Part shown: positions 25,493 through 38,806 of the stretch, piece by piece | Layout: the number at the start of each line of letters is the position of its first letter | Position numbering within the stretch: the first letter of the stretch is position 1 | Assembly: GCA_951406725.2 (NCBI GenBank) | Contig: OX597829.1 | Location: forward strand, 18,848,001-18,912,000 | DNA: 64,000 bases | Source of the DNA: Octopus vulgaris | Lineage: Eukaryota | Reading direction: 5' to 3' | Translations under genes and position numbers: made by a program | The notes under the pieces: generated by a model | Database searches by the model: none | Told to the model about the DNA's origin: nothing | Seen by the model: only the letters and a program-made list of their open reading frames with translations

Positions 25493-25917
25493 ATGGGCTT
25501 TTTTTTCAGTTTCCATCTACCAAATCCATTCACAAAGCTTTGGTCAAGCCAAGGCTATAGTAAAACACACTAAAAGACACTTGCCCAGGGTACAATGCAG
25601 TGGAACTGAACCCAGAACTATTTGGTTGGAAAGCAATCTTCTTACCACACAGCCACACCTCATCATCAAAAATTTTTTTATTAACATTAAGTGCACAATC
25701 CCAGTCCAATGTTTCATACCTTGCCTGATTTTTTTTTTCATTAGTCTTTGGATACACAAATATGGTTGTATGACAAAAAAGTTTACTTCTGAACCACATG
25801 GTTCCAGGTTTTCAGTCCCACTACATAGCACCTTGGGCAAGTGTTTTTGACTATAACTTTGGGCCAACCAAAGACTTGTGAGTGAGCTTAATTAGACAAA
25901 AACATGAAGGAATCTTG

Positions 25918-25953
<36 letters not shown>

Positions 25954-26122
25954 TGTTTTCATCCAAAATGGAAATGAAAACCATTTCCTCATGTGATCGA
26001 CTTGAAAAATTGTTAAGATATAAGATATTTTTCTTAATATGAAACCAATGGTAGCCTTAATACACAAATAAAGAAATTTTATCCATCAATGCAGTGTTGA
26101 GCACTCATTCTCATTCTTTGAA

Positions 26123-26155
<33 letters not shown>

Positions 26156-26194
26156 CATACATACATACATACATACATACATCCATGCATGCAT

Positions 26195-26600
26195 GATGGT
26201 ATGTGCCGTCAAAGAGGTCAGCTGCCCTGCCAATATTATTATCTCTTTTTTGAAAATCAAAGAAAAAAGAGGATATCTATGGACAACTGCTTCTATATCC
26301 ACACTATGAATTCATATTCATAGCAGTAATAATTGGAGCATTAGGTTTTGTTAGTAAATGCTTAAAGGAGAATCTGGATAAACTGGGGTTTTCAGAAAGA
26401 GAAATTGACCGGCTAAATTGTACATTACAAGTGCAATCTGTGAGTGGAACAGTAAAAATATGCAAGATTTTTCTCCAGTTCCAAATGTGAATTTGTCTGT
26501 GTTAACTACATCCCAAATATGGAGCCTTGTATCTTTGCTGGAAACCAGCACCCTCCTTAGTGGAAGATTTATATTAATTAAAAAATAGAAGAGATATACA
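26195..26600 (+). mobile_element. RLE-type non-LTR retrotransposon 3' remnant
   Basis: EVSCPA..KIKEK..LLYPHYEFIFIAVIIGALGFVSKCLKENLDKLGFSEREIDRLNCTLQVQSVSGTVKICKIF; flanked by (CATA)n. Confidence 0.75.
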
Positions 26601-26859
26601 TACATATATATCTCTTCTCTTCCCCCTCCTTAATTATTCTGTCTCTCTGTTTCTACTTCTCTCTCTTCTCTTCCCACGTGACCGATTGGTCAGCCTGCTC
26701 TTTCTTTCTTGGTCTGACTGTTGTCTGTGCAACATTGATATTCTTCCCTGTGTTTGTGAAATTTTTGTATCTCTGCTGTAAGGCTTCATTTCTACATGTG
26801 CCAGTTTAATTCAATTCATCCTTAGTTGAAAGACATCAGTTGTTGATGTTCTGTTATTA

Positions 26860-27164
26860 TTTTTATTGTATTTATATTTGTGCAACATTGTCCGTTTTTT
26901 CCGTCCTTGTTTTTGTATACATTCGTTGCTTTCTTCCAAGGAATCTAATGCTCTTAGCTTAGTTTTTCCTTGGGGCTGGCCAGATTGGAGCAATCTCAAG
27001 AATAATCAGCCGAAATTGCGAGGATAATCTGGTGCTTGACTGAAGAAAGAAAACTTCAAATGACCCTTGTTTTCTTTGTATCATCTATCTGGATGTTTTG
27101 TTGTCCCTTTTTGTATCACCTAGCTGTCCGGATGTTTTACATTCTTGTCCCATTTTGCATATTA

Positions 27165-27170
<6 letters not shown>
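26860..27170 (+). mobile_element. Unclassified (TA)n-associated dispersed repeat
   Basis: Diverged reverse-complement copy at ~32925-33270 (ttcttccaag.aatctaatgctc.tagcttagtttttccttggggctggccagat). Confidence 0.65.
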
Positions 27171-27204
<34 letters not shown>

Positions 27205-27442
27205 GTTTTATTTATTATTTTGCACATTACTTAAACATTGGTATATGTTTTATCTTATATTTAATCTTTCTATAAGATATAATTTTTCTAAATGGTATAA
27301 TTTAATTTTTTCATTATTGAATTGATAAAAGGTGTATTTTTCTAATTTATATATATATATATATAACATTTTGTGAAATTTGATTTAGTATTTCTAAATT
27401 GAATTGTTCCCTGTAAGTTTGGAATAATATTTCCTCATATTA

Positions 27443-27495
<53 letters not shown>

Positions 27496-27510
27496 AATAA
27501 TATTATATAT

Positions 27511-27945
27511 ATGTTGGTTGTCTACTCCTTATACAGAGTCTGACCACGTCTTGTACTTACACCTTAGCACCATCATGGCATCTGATGTAGTTTTTTAAGC
27601 CAGGCAATGTATTAAAAATACACCCACATAGATTGCATCTCCAATTTGGACCACCAAGGAGTGCAGTTAAGTTCTGATATTTGCGGATCTTAAAATATTT
27701 TTTTGAGGCCTCCATTAGATTTTCAGACCTTATTGAAAGGTGTGCACAGACATATATGCAGAGTAATTGGTGGAGGTTCATTTTTTCATGGGTCTACAAG
27801 TGAGATTTGATCCCAGCATAAGAAGGGTATGGTCTGTCACAAACTGTGCACACAAAAAGCTCACTGAGATTCACCTTGTTGATCGCAACATTCTTCTTCA
27901 AATCTGTCTCTTGAGTCTTGCATGTGTTATCCTGGCCCCCCTCAA
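27511..27945 (-). pseudogene. LINE (probably RTE) C-terminal remnant with two C2H2-like fingers
   Basis: FVCTVCDRPYPSYAGIKSHL*TH and WRCNLCGCIFNTLPGLKNYIRCH, then a short UTR into (TA)n; in-frame stop. Confidence 0.55.
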
Positions 27946-28191
27946 AAGCCCTCACTCTATGTGTTCATGTCTGTGTTAATCCCCGACCACTGCTTGACAA
28001 CTGGTGTTGTTGTGTTTGTGTCCCCATAACTTAGCAGTTCTGCAAAAGAGACTGTTAGAATAAGTACCAGGTTTGAATAAAAGAAAAAAATTATTATTAC
28101 CGGGGTCGATTCATTCGACTAAAATACTGCAAGGTTGTGCTCCAGCATGACTGCAGTCTAAAATCTGAAACTAGTAAAAACTAAAAGGAAA

Positions 28192-28350
28192 ATTCTGTTG
28201 TGTCTGGGGAGCATCATTTTATTTTTGTGCCTTATAATGTAACACACTCACCAGTAAAATTTCCACAAGAAACAAGTGGAAATTTTACTGGTGAGTGTGT
28301 TACATTATAAGGCACAAAAATAAAATGACTCTCCCCAGACACAACAGAAT
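28192..28350. repeat. 75-bp-arm palindrome of a dispersed repeat
   Basis: 28192-28266 pairs with 28276-28350, 2 mismatches, 9-nt loop; single-arm relative at 11341-11470. Confidence 0.95.
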
Positions 28351-28999
28351 ATGCTTCAACACATGAACTCACATAAAGAATCTTGCAAACCAAATCCAAA
28401 AACGAAATATAAAAGGAAAATATAATTAAAAATCAAATATTAGTTTCTCCATTCTTGTAAATTACAAGAAGCCATTTGTTTTAGATTTAAAAGATGAGGG
28501 GGAAAAAAAATCAAGTTTTGCGATGTTCATGCCATCAACTTGGAAACAAAACTATGTTTGAAGATTTTACTCTTTCATTGCTTTCCATAAATTTAATAAG
28601 AACCAGAGTTGAAACTCATTATTTAGTCGATAAAATCGTTAGTGCATCTAGGTGAAATATTGTCTACGTCAGCAGGAACCGGTTGAAAACATAAGCATGT
28701 GTGCAAAAATGTTGTGACTATATGTATATGAGAAGCAGGGACTAACTCGTAAGGAAGGGAATGCTTCTTCTGGAAAGAAAGAAAAGGAAAAAAAAAAACA
28801 CTGATTTATGCTTCTTCTCAAACATTAAACTGTGACATCTTTTTCTCGGAATACCAAACTCATACTTCTTTTCTGTTTTTCGTTTTTAATTTATTCTTCT
28901 CCTACGCATAAATTTGATTTCTTTATCTTCACCCAGGAAGTTATGTTTCAGTATATTGTTAATTTGACATACTTCTGCTGTCACCTGTACTACTTCTAT

Positions 29000-29445
29000 T
29001 GCTGCTGCTGCTGCTGCTGCTGCTACTACTACTACTACTACTACTACCGCCACCACTGCTACTATTACTACACCACCACTACCACATCACCATCACCACC
29101 ACCACCACCACCACCACTACCACATCACTACCACATTACCACCACCACCACTACCACATCACCACCACCAGCACACCAACAACAACAACTACCACCACTA
29201 CTGTCACCAGCATCTCCACCACCACTACAACTACTAATACTATTATTACCACTACCACGACCACAACCACCACCACTAACACCAACATCACTATTACTTC
29301 TACTACTGTTGTTACCACCACCACCGCCACCACTACCATTACTACCACCACCACTACCATTACTACCACCACCACCACTACTGCTACTACTACTACTACT
29401 ACTACTACTACCAACGTCACAAACCATCACTACCACTCCTACCAA
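29000..29445. repeat. (TGC)n-(TAC)n-(CAC)n compound trinucleotide array
   Basis: Direct reading. Confidence 0.95.
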
Positions 29446-29867
29446 AGATGTGAGCTTGGGCCATTATGAACAGTAACACTATGTACAACTACAGTATTCA
29501 ATTATGTTGTAGGTGTGTGAAGTTTTCGTTTATTAATACTATCGCCTTACTACAACAGCATCCACCACACTACTACAGCTCCTACTAAACTCATTAATAA
29601 TGTTAGTGAAATGAAATGGCATCGACTGGGAATCAAAATTGAATTGGGAATTTGGCTCTCTGGAATACTGTTTCCTAATATTTAGTCTTTACTATTCATT
29701 TCAAATTATTGAAAATTTGGAAGCAAAAATAATTGCAAAAGAAAAAATGCAAACAAATGTAAAAAAAAAAAAAAAATTGAAGTTTATATAGAACTGACTC
29801 TATTTTATAATTTGAATCTTAAATCATATACATTTAGTTAAAAATTGGTAATTTCAGTCAAATATAT

Positions 29868-30828
29868 TTAGCTCTTTAACATTCGGATTACTCTGTCAAA
29901 TGTAATTCTTATTTATTCTCATTGTTTTGAATTAATTCTGCTCATAGCTTTGAGATTTCCATGATGTGATTGTTTAATTCTAGAATTTCATTGTAGGGTA
30001 AGTGTGAGAAGCCAGATCTGGTCAGTTTGAACATAAAACAGATAGACCGCCTGACTGGCCCTCGTGCCGGTGGCATGTAAAAAGCACCGACTACACTCTC
30101 GGAGTGGTTGGCATTAGGAAGGGCATCCAGCTGTAGAAACTTTGCCAGATCAGATTGGAGCCTGGTGCAGCCATCTGGTTTGCCAGTCCTCAGTCAAATT
30201 GTTCAACCCATGCCAGCATGGAAAGCGGACATTAAATGATGATGACAACAACGATGATAACGACGACAACGACGATGAATATCTTGGCTGGTTGTGGCTG
30301 GTTTAACTCTTCAGCATTCTGTCAAATGTAATTCTTATTTATTCCCATTATTTTGAATTAATCATGCTTAATCTCATAGCTTTGGGGTTTCCATGATGTG
30401 ACTGTTTAGTTTTAGAATGACATTGTAGAGTAGGTGTAAAAGGCTGGATCTGATTAGTTTGAACAGGTAGAATATTTGGGCTGGTTTAAATGCTAAAATG
30501 GAGATGTTTGTATTTGTGTTATTTGTAGGAATTGTGTTGGGTCAAGCCTGTTTTTTTCTGATACTGTGTAGTGATTGTATTATTGAAGGGGACTCAGTGC
30601 TTTGCTGCTGTTATTAATCCGTCAGCATTCAGATTACTCAATCAAATGTGATTCTTATTTATTCTCATTGTTTTCAGTCAATCATGCATTGAGATTCCAA
30701 TGAAATGATTGTTTATTTTTAGAATGACATTGTAGGTTAGGTATGAGAGGCTGGATCTGACCAGTTTGAACATAAAACAGGTAGAATATTTGGGTCAGAT
30801 GTGTCCAGTTTAAATACTAAAGGGTTGA
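29868..30828 (+). mobile_element. Three copies of piggyBac-type MITE family P2, the first split by an RTE tail
   Basis: Degenerate ttaa-ccctttagcatt...aatgctaaaggg-ttaa termini; same family at 57027-57247 and reversed at 41458-42387. Confidence 0.7.
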
Positions 30829-31764
30829 ATACTACAAAACTTCAGCTTCCTTGTCTACAAGAAGTTTCAGTAATCATTCAATGTATAAGCTGCTACACAT
30901 TTGTTTGACCTGCTATAAATAGTAACTAGTTCTTCTTCAAATCACACCCTTTTGTTTTAAAAAGGAAACGACACAATGGATATTAGAATCTTAGATATAT
31001 TATGGCTGAAAAGAAAAGAATCCCCCCCACACTCACACACACACAACACACCAAAAAAAATAAATAAAACAACAGGTGATCACAGGTTTGCTCAATTAAG
31101 GTTCACCTGGAGGTTACACCACACAACAACAAGAATTGGTAATTATCTTTTCCAGAAGAAAAAAAAAAAGATCTGAGAAGAAAGGAAATTCAGCCCCAAG
31201 CAGAATTTGAACCTACAGTAACATGAGAGACAAAAACTAAATACAAAACTCTTAATACATTCAGTCTTGCTGACTACTTTCTGCTACAGAGCAATCTTCT
31301 TCGTTACCTTTCAGATACTATAAAATGTCTGCCATCTTTTTTATTTTACATACAACTCAACGTTATTCACTTCCAATTCATCATGTTTTAGCTTTAATAG
31401 AAAATGTTGCCACACCTATTAACCATTTAAATATGCATTACTTCTTCTCTATTTAATCAACTCTTTTAGCCCTTTTGAAATGTTGCCATGCTGAGAAAAA
31501 TCACTCTCTCAATCAGAGGAGCTGAGCAAATCTTTTACCATTTCATTTCAGCAATATCTAATTCCAGAAATATTGATATAAAACTACAACATCTGTTGGA
31601 AAATTAGATAATTACTACATCAGGTAGCATCTGTCTAACTTCAGTCTCATACAATACCCCCCCCACCACACTTTTTTCAAACAGTTCAACATGGTTCTTT
31701 AATAATTCAGGTTAGGCATGGCATATTTAGTTAGGTCTTCCAGACTGTGTGTATATGTAAACAT

Positions 31765-31801
<37 letters not shown>

Positions 31802-31817
31802 GGTAAAATTAGTTGTT

Positions 31818-32864
31818 ATTTTTTTCTTTTCTTGTTTCAGCTTAGAGCTGCGGCCATGCTGATGCACCGCCGTTTTGTGCTACACTGTTATTACGAAGAA
31901 CCTCATCTAATATGTGGCACTTGGTGAAGAATGGAGTTTGACATAGCTACTCTCATTTGCACCTCTTGCCGTGAGGTAGGTTCATCTGGGACTCTCGACA
32001 GGAAGATGTCCAGCTTTGATTTAAAAACTGCTACATCTACTTTGTGCAAGTTCCTCAGACCCTTCGGGAGAATATTAAAAAGCTGTGGGCCCTTGAAACC
32101 CAGGCTGTTGCAGAAGCTGGTCCTGAAGCGTGATGGCATTGCTGGGATCTTTGGCACTATGCAGTGTCATCCCGTTCTAGCATTGGTGTAACTTACAATG
32201 CCAAAATTTGGCACAATTCCTTCCAGGATCTTCTAGACATATGTTACTGCATACCTCTCCCATCTTCTCTCTAGGGAGTAGAGTCTTAGCTGTTTCAACC
32301 TTTCCCAGTAGCTGAGCTGTTCCAAAGAGACGATCTTCTTTGTGAGTCTTCTCTGGATTGCTTCAAGGTCCGCTGTTAATTTCACACTGGTGGGTGACCA
32401 TAGCTGTAAGCAGTAATCCAGGTGGCTGAGGACAAATGTCCGCTAGAGGACCATCATGATTTCCTTATCTCTGGTTCTGAATGTTCTTAGGATCCATCTA
32501 GTCAGTCATCTGCACTTTGTCGCCATCTCGGTAATGTGCACTTGGAAAGAGGTATCATCACTCATGTCGATACCCAGGTCTCTCACAGACTTAGGCTCTA
32601 GGATTGAAATTCCCTGTGGACCGGTGTATCCTGTAAGTTTAATATTCAGTTTTGGATGCTGGTAGCACAGGGCCTGGAATTTTTCAGCGTTAAACTGCAT
32701 ATTATTATCCTCAGCCCATCTGTAGATTGAGTCCAACTCCTGCTGCAGGTGTGCAACATCGCTGGGATTCTGTATTTTCTGCAAGACTTTCGTATCGTCT
32801 GCATAGCTTGCCAGAGTGGCTATCTGGGCATTTGAGGGCATATCTGAGAGGGCCACTATAAAAA

Positions 32865-32866
<2 letters not shown>
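31818..32866 (-). mobile_element. 5'-truncated CR1-like LINE (RT C-terminal half, decayed)
   Basis: LFIVALSDM..SYADDTK..WAEDNNMQFNAEKF..VRDLGI..YWERLKQLRLYSLERR..GPQLFNILP; stops and frameshifts; intact 3' tail. Confidence 0.9.
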
Positions 32867-32928
<62 letters not shown>

Positions 32929-34945
32929 GTTATATGTAGAAAAATACAAACTGGGACAAGAACGTAAAACATTTAGAAGACAATACAAAAAACACGGACG
33001 GGACATTCGAAGCCTTCAATCTTCAGTCAAGAACCGGATCATCCTAGTAATTTTGGCTGATTAATCTTGAGATCGCTCTGATCTGGCCAGCCCCAAGGAA
33101 AAACTAAGCTACGAGCATTAGATTTCTTGGAAGAAGGATCGAATGTATACGAAACAGGGACAGAAAAACGGACGATGCCACACGAATATAAAATCCAAAA
33201 ACCAATAATGGTAAAAACAGGACAAAAACAGCAGGTGTCTTACGACTAATAAACAGTGCAACTTAGTTTAGCTGGCGTATATATATATATATATATCTCG
33301 AAATAAAACAATATACACATATGTACATATATACATATATATATATATGTATATATATATGTATATATATATATGTATATATGTATATAGTGTTTTATTT
33401 CGAGATACTCTTTTACTTGTTTCAGTCATTTGACTGTGGCCATGCTGGAGCACCGCCTTTAGTCGAGCAAATCGACCCCAGGACTTATTCTTTGTAAGCC
33501 TAGTACTTATTCTATCAGTCTCTTTTGCCGAACCGCTACGTTATGGGGATGTAAACACACCACCATCAGTTGTCAAGCAATGTTGGGGGGACAAATGCAG
33601 ACTGACGAACATATACACACACATACACACATATATATATACATATATACAACAGGCTTCTTTCAGTTTCTGTGTATCAAATCCACTCACAAGGCTTTGG
33701 TCAGCCCGAGGCTTTAATAGAAGACACTTGCCCAAGGTGCCTGCCAAATAAGTACACACTATATAATTGTTCTTCACTCATATATTACTGTTCTTATTCT
33801 AACTCATGTTCATTGTCCAGAAACCTTTCATTACACATCTGTGACCTCTTCAGCAACGCTTTTTGTTTTCGTGTGTGCTCTTTCTCCACTCTATATATGT
33901 ATGTAGGTATGTATGTATGTATGTATGTATGCATGCATGCATGCATGCATGTATGAATGAATGTATATATGTATGTGTCTGTGTGTATATGTGTGTGCGT
34001 GTGTGTGTGTATAAATAATATTTTCCCTTTATTAAAGTAAATTTGGCTTACAGCTGTTTCGAGAAGTCATGATAGGTATGTTACTGTGAGTGAGATCACA
34101 GCCATGGCTGATGCCAATGTTGCATGTCTGGCCCATTTAAAAGTACTTTAATGCATCAAACAATATAAGCTTGAGAAGACCTGTTGAGTCAAGTAAAATG
34201 ATAGCAGTGGCCAATGCCTCCTCACTGACTCCTGAGCCGGTGGCACATAAAAAGCACTATCCGAGCATGATTGATGCCAGTGCTCCCTGACTGGCTCCTG
34301 TGCCAGTGGCATGTAAAAAGCACTATCTGAATGTGATCGATGCCAGAGTTGCCTGACTGGCTCCTGTGTTGGTGGCATGTAAAAATCACCCACTACGCTC
34401 TCAGAGTGGGTGGCATTAGGAAGGGCATCCAGCTGTAGAAACATTGCCTGATCAGATCGGAGCCTGGTACAGCCGCTGGGTTTCCAGACCTCAGTCAAAC
34501 CATCCAACCCATGCCAGCATGGTAAACGGCTACATACATACATACATACATACATACATACATACATACATACATACATACATACATACATACATACACA
34601 CACACACATACACACACACACACACATACATACACACACACACACACACATACATACATACGCACATACATACATACATACATACATACACACATACGCA
34701 CACACATACATACATTGCCTATAGTAGAAAAGATTATTATTAAAAGGTATAAAGACACCATTATCAGCTTAAAGTTCCCTCTGTGGGCAACTAGATGAAC
34801 AAATGAGCCAGAAATGTACTTATCTTTACATCTTTTAACATAAGTAAGAATTATTTTCTCCGCGGTAAACTGCAGTGATGTTGGAATATTTCTCAAACAT
34901 ATTTGAACTAACATAAAGTTTGTTGAGTTTTCCATCATTGCTTTG

Positions 34946-35329
34946 TGTTGTGGAAGCACTCCGTCGGTTACGACGACGAGGGTTCCAGTTGATCCAAATC
35001 AACGGAACAGCCTGCTCGTGAAATTAACGTGTAAGTGGCCGAGCACTCCACAGACACGTGTGCCCTTAACGTAGTTCTCGGGGATATTCAGCGTGACACA
35101 GAGAGTGACAAGGCCGGCCCTTTGAAATACAGGTACAACAGAAACAGGAAGTGAGAGAAAGTTGTGGTGAAAGAGTACAGCAGGGATCACCACCATCCCC
35201 TGCCGGAGCCTCGTGGAGCTTTAGGTGTTTTCGCTCAATAAACACTTACAATGCCCGGTCTGGGAATCGAAACCGCGATCCTATGACTGCGAGTCCGCTG
35301 CCCTAACCACTGGGCCATTGCGCCTCCGC
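34946..35329 (-). mobile_element. SINE-E (tRNA head, non-CORE body, SINE-D tail), young-looking
   Basis: Head tggcccagtggttagggcagcggactcgcagtc..ggtttcgattccc; CpGs retained; 3' half matches 51921-52083. Confidence 0.85.
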
Positions 35330-36032
35330 TTTCTGTTACTACTTATGCATATGTGCATGGGTGTTTGTCTGATGGGTTTTGTTCTTTAGTTTCCTTTACC
35401 AAATTCACTTAAAGGCTTTGCTTGGTTGGTCCAAGGCCATAGTAGAAGATACTTGCCTTATGTGTTACATACAGGAAGTAAATCCAATGCTCCATAGTCG
35501 GAAAGGAAGCTTCTTTGTCACATAACCGTTGGAAAATGTTGGCTGAGAGTTAGAGTGAAAATTTGTAAGTAAAGCATAAAAATAATACGAATGAATACAA
35601 ATACCCTCTGTCCCTTCATCAATTGTTGAGTAAATGTCATAACGATTTTGACATTGTCTGACTCTGTGTGTGTGTGTGTGTGCATGTGTGATATATGAGA
35701 GAAAGAAAATGGCATTGATGGGATTCTTTGACCGATTGTACACTGCCTTATTGGTGAGATGCTATACAAAACAGTTGTGAAGGTGCATATCCAGCAATAA
35801 AATTATTATTTATATGTATGTATGTATGTCATTGTCCTGTTTTATTTCAAGATTTCTTGCCAAAAGTGAAAGAGTCGGTTTCTAACCTAGATCCAAGGCT
35901 CCTTCATTGGAATTTCAACATCAACAACAGGGTATTCCTGTTTGTATGTATGTATGTATGTATGTATGTATGTGTGTGTGTGTGTGTGTGTGTATGAATG
36001 TATGTATGTATGTATATTATTTGATAAGTTTC

Positions 36033-36104
36033 ATTCAGCTCCATGCCTGAAGAGCTAGGTTTGTTTTATGAGCCCATGAAACTTTAAGTTGTTTGGAGCT
36101 GAAT
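36033..36104 (+). ncRNA. Minimal type-I hammerhead motif (copy 2)
   Basis: Identical to 17063-17134 except one T/C in stem II. Confidence 0.55.
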
Positions 36105-36180
36105 TAAATTTGATCCTACTAAATGTGTGAAGTGCCAGTTTCTTTCATTTAGCCACTCACTCATATATGTGTGTATGTGT

Positions 36181-37032
36181 GTCATTATTCACTTTTATTT
36201 CAAGACTAGCAGCATAGCCCGGCGTTGCCCGGGTATGTAAGAGGCCCTAGTAGGCAACGACTAATCCCAATCTAGTCCTTTCCCTCTAGGGAACGAAGGC
36301 GCATGTGTAGGTTGCAATGTCTTCTCTTCACTCGAATACTTCTGTGTATTTTTTCTGATGGTAAGGTATTGCATGGAAAACTAACATCAGAATTAAGTTT
36401 CTTAGGGTAACATTAAGCTTCACCATGAGTTTGGTGAAAATTGATAGCAAGTTGCGAAAACTACAAGAGAAAATGTGTTGCATGCAAAAAGCTTAGATTC
36501 TCGACCCCAGTCGAATTTATCGATTTTTTTCAGAACTGGGGGAACTTTTCAAAATTTTCACAGCGTTAGTTTTCAATTATGACATTGGGCTATGTGTGTG
36601 TCAAGTTTCATCAGAATCGGTTGAAAGCCGTGGTCAGGGTGAGGGTACAACCTGACAGAGACACAGACAGACAAACTGCCGTTTATATAGAGAGGGATTT
36701 CTTGCCAATAGAGAAAGAACCGGTTTCTAACCTAGATTCAAGGCTCCTTCATTGGAAGTTCAACATCAACAACAGGGTATTTCTGTTTGTATGTATATGT
36801 GTAGATTTGTTTGTTTTGCTTTATGTATGTCTTCTCATGCATTTATTTGCATATCTAGACAGGAAAGTTTTACAGATTTTTACAGTTCCAGTGATGGATT
36901 GGATCTTTAGTTTTCAAATTAGCTTTCTTCTTTCTGGTTTTGTGAAGCCTGATTTCTCAAGATTGGTATTTAGGTAGTGTGTTACATATCCCAGTGTATT
37001 ACCAATAATTACAGGTATAAACCTGAACTTGT
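36181..37032 (-). mobile_element. RLE-type retrotransposon 3' end interrupted by a Helitron
   Basis: YKFRFIPVIIG/LGYVTHYLNTNLEKSGFTKPERRKLI*KLKIQSITGTVKICKTF; UTR continues across the insertion. Confidence 0.8.
36206..36697 (-). mobile_element. Non-autonomous Helitron
   Basis: Empty site caagA|Tttcttgcc visible at 17231; minus-strand 5' TC, 3' hairpin cccgggcaacgccggg + CTAG; no TSD. Confidence 0.9.
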
Positions 37033-38038
37033 ATGTATATATGTATGTTGGTATACAAGGGTTAGATTCAATGATCTAAGTTTAGGAAGTTAGTTAGGAT
37101 TGAAACAATTGAATGTAATTTGTATTTAATATTTATTTTTTACTATATTATACCATATTATCATAAGAATATAATATAATATAATATTATGTTGATAAAT
37201 TTTAATTTTTGAATTGACAACTGTATATATCCATGTTCTTTTCATATATATATTATCATCATCATCATCCGCCTGGCCCCCGTGCCGGTGACACGTTAAA
37301 GCACCATCTGTTCGTGGCTGTTTGCCAGCTCTGTCTGGCCCCCGTGTCGGTGGCACGTAAAAGCACCATCCGTTTGTGTCCGTTGCCAGCCTCGCCTGGA
37401 CCCCGTGCCGGTGACACGTAAAAGCACCATCCGTTCGTGGCCGTTTGCCAGCTCTGTCTGGCCCCCGTGTCGGTGGCACGTAAAAGCACCATCCGTTCGT
37501 GGCCATTTGCCAGCTGTCTGGCATCTGTGCGGGTGGCACGTAAAAAGCACCCACTACACTCACGGAGTGGTTGGCGTTAGGAAGGGCATCCAGCCGTAGA
37601 AACACTGCCAGATCTGACTGGGCCTGATGAAGCCTTCCAGCTTCACAGACCCCAGTTGAACCGTCCAACCCATGCTAGCATGGAAAACGGACGCTAGATG
37701 ATGATGATGATATATCATCATCATCATATATATATATAAAGTGGTTGGCAGTTGGAAGGGCATCCAGGTGTAAAAACCATGCCAAAACTAACCTCACCTG
37801 TATGAGTGCCACATAAAAAGCACTCAGCTTACTCTACAAAGTGGTTGGTGTTAGAAAGGACATCCAGCCTTAAAAACCATGTCAAAACAGACACAAAGGC
37901 ATAATGCATGCTCCCACCTGGCCAGCTCCTGTCAAACTGCCCAACCCATACAAGCATGGAAGGAGGATGTTAAACAATGATGATGATGATGATGATATTT
38001 AGATGTTTGTATATTCATGTATGTATTTGTATACATGC

Positions 38039-38120
<82 letters not shown>

Positions 38121-38769
38121 GTGTGTGTGTGTGTATGTGTGTATGTGAACATGTGTATTTGTTATTTATGCATGCTGGTAAAAGCAGCTGTAGCCATTTT
38201 TTAATAGTAGCTAGTAAATGTGACTAAAATTGAAATCTGTTCTTCAAATATCATCATTTATGATGTTGGAAAACTGGGTGGATAGAATGGAGGTAATAGT
38301 TAAACCATTATTTCACAATTGTTATTCGTTTGTTTTTGTTTTTTTTTATTGTTTTTTTTAGCATTTAACATTTTTCTTTATCTCAAAAAATACAAACAAA
38401 AAAAAAACATAATGGTAATTATTAAAGAACTATCAAATTACTAGAGAATGCAATTCACAAGAATAACAAATGGTTTAATAAAATCATGAATGTAAATGAG
38501 CAAAAAAATGAATAAAAACGTTATAAATTAATAACTAAAAAACTTGTGCAATGACTTCAGGTATATACGCCATTAGCAAATGCAGGTGTATCTCTCTCGA
38601 AAAGTCTTTGAGGCATTTCCATGGTCGATTGTAAGTCTGTGATGCTGATAAACTATGCAGCCTCCCTCAAAAATATCACTTGACACTCCAAGATGTCAAC
38701 AATGGCAAAATCTTTGGTGCCATAGGCCTAACAAATCTCTTACAAAACTCAAATGCCCCAAGTTGAAAA

Positions 38770-38802
<33 letters not shown>

Positions 38803-38806
38803 CGTT

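Noticed and set aside
27036-27070. Hammerhead at ctgaaga
   Set aside because: No convincing stem II/GAAA/stem I here or in the 33000 copy; likewise ctgatga at 12069, 19045 and 37624
35475-35565. Exon-like segment ending in gtaagt
   Set aside because: Stops in all three frames; no evidence for a non-coding exon
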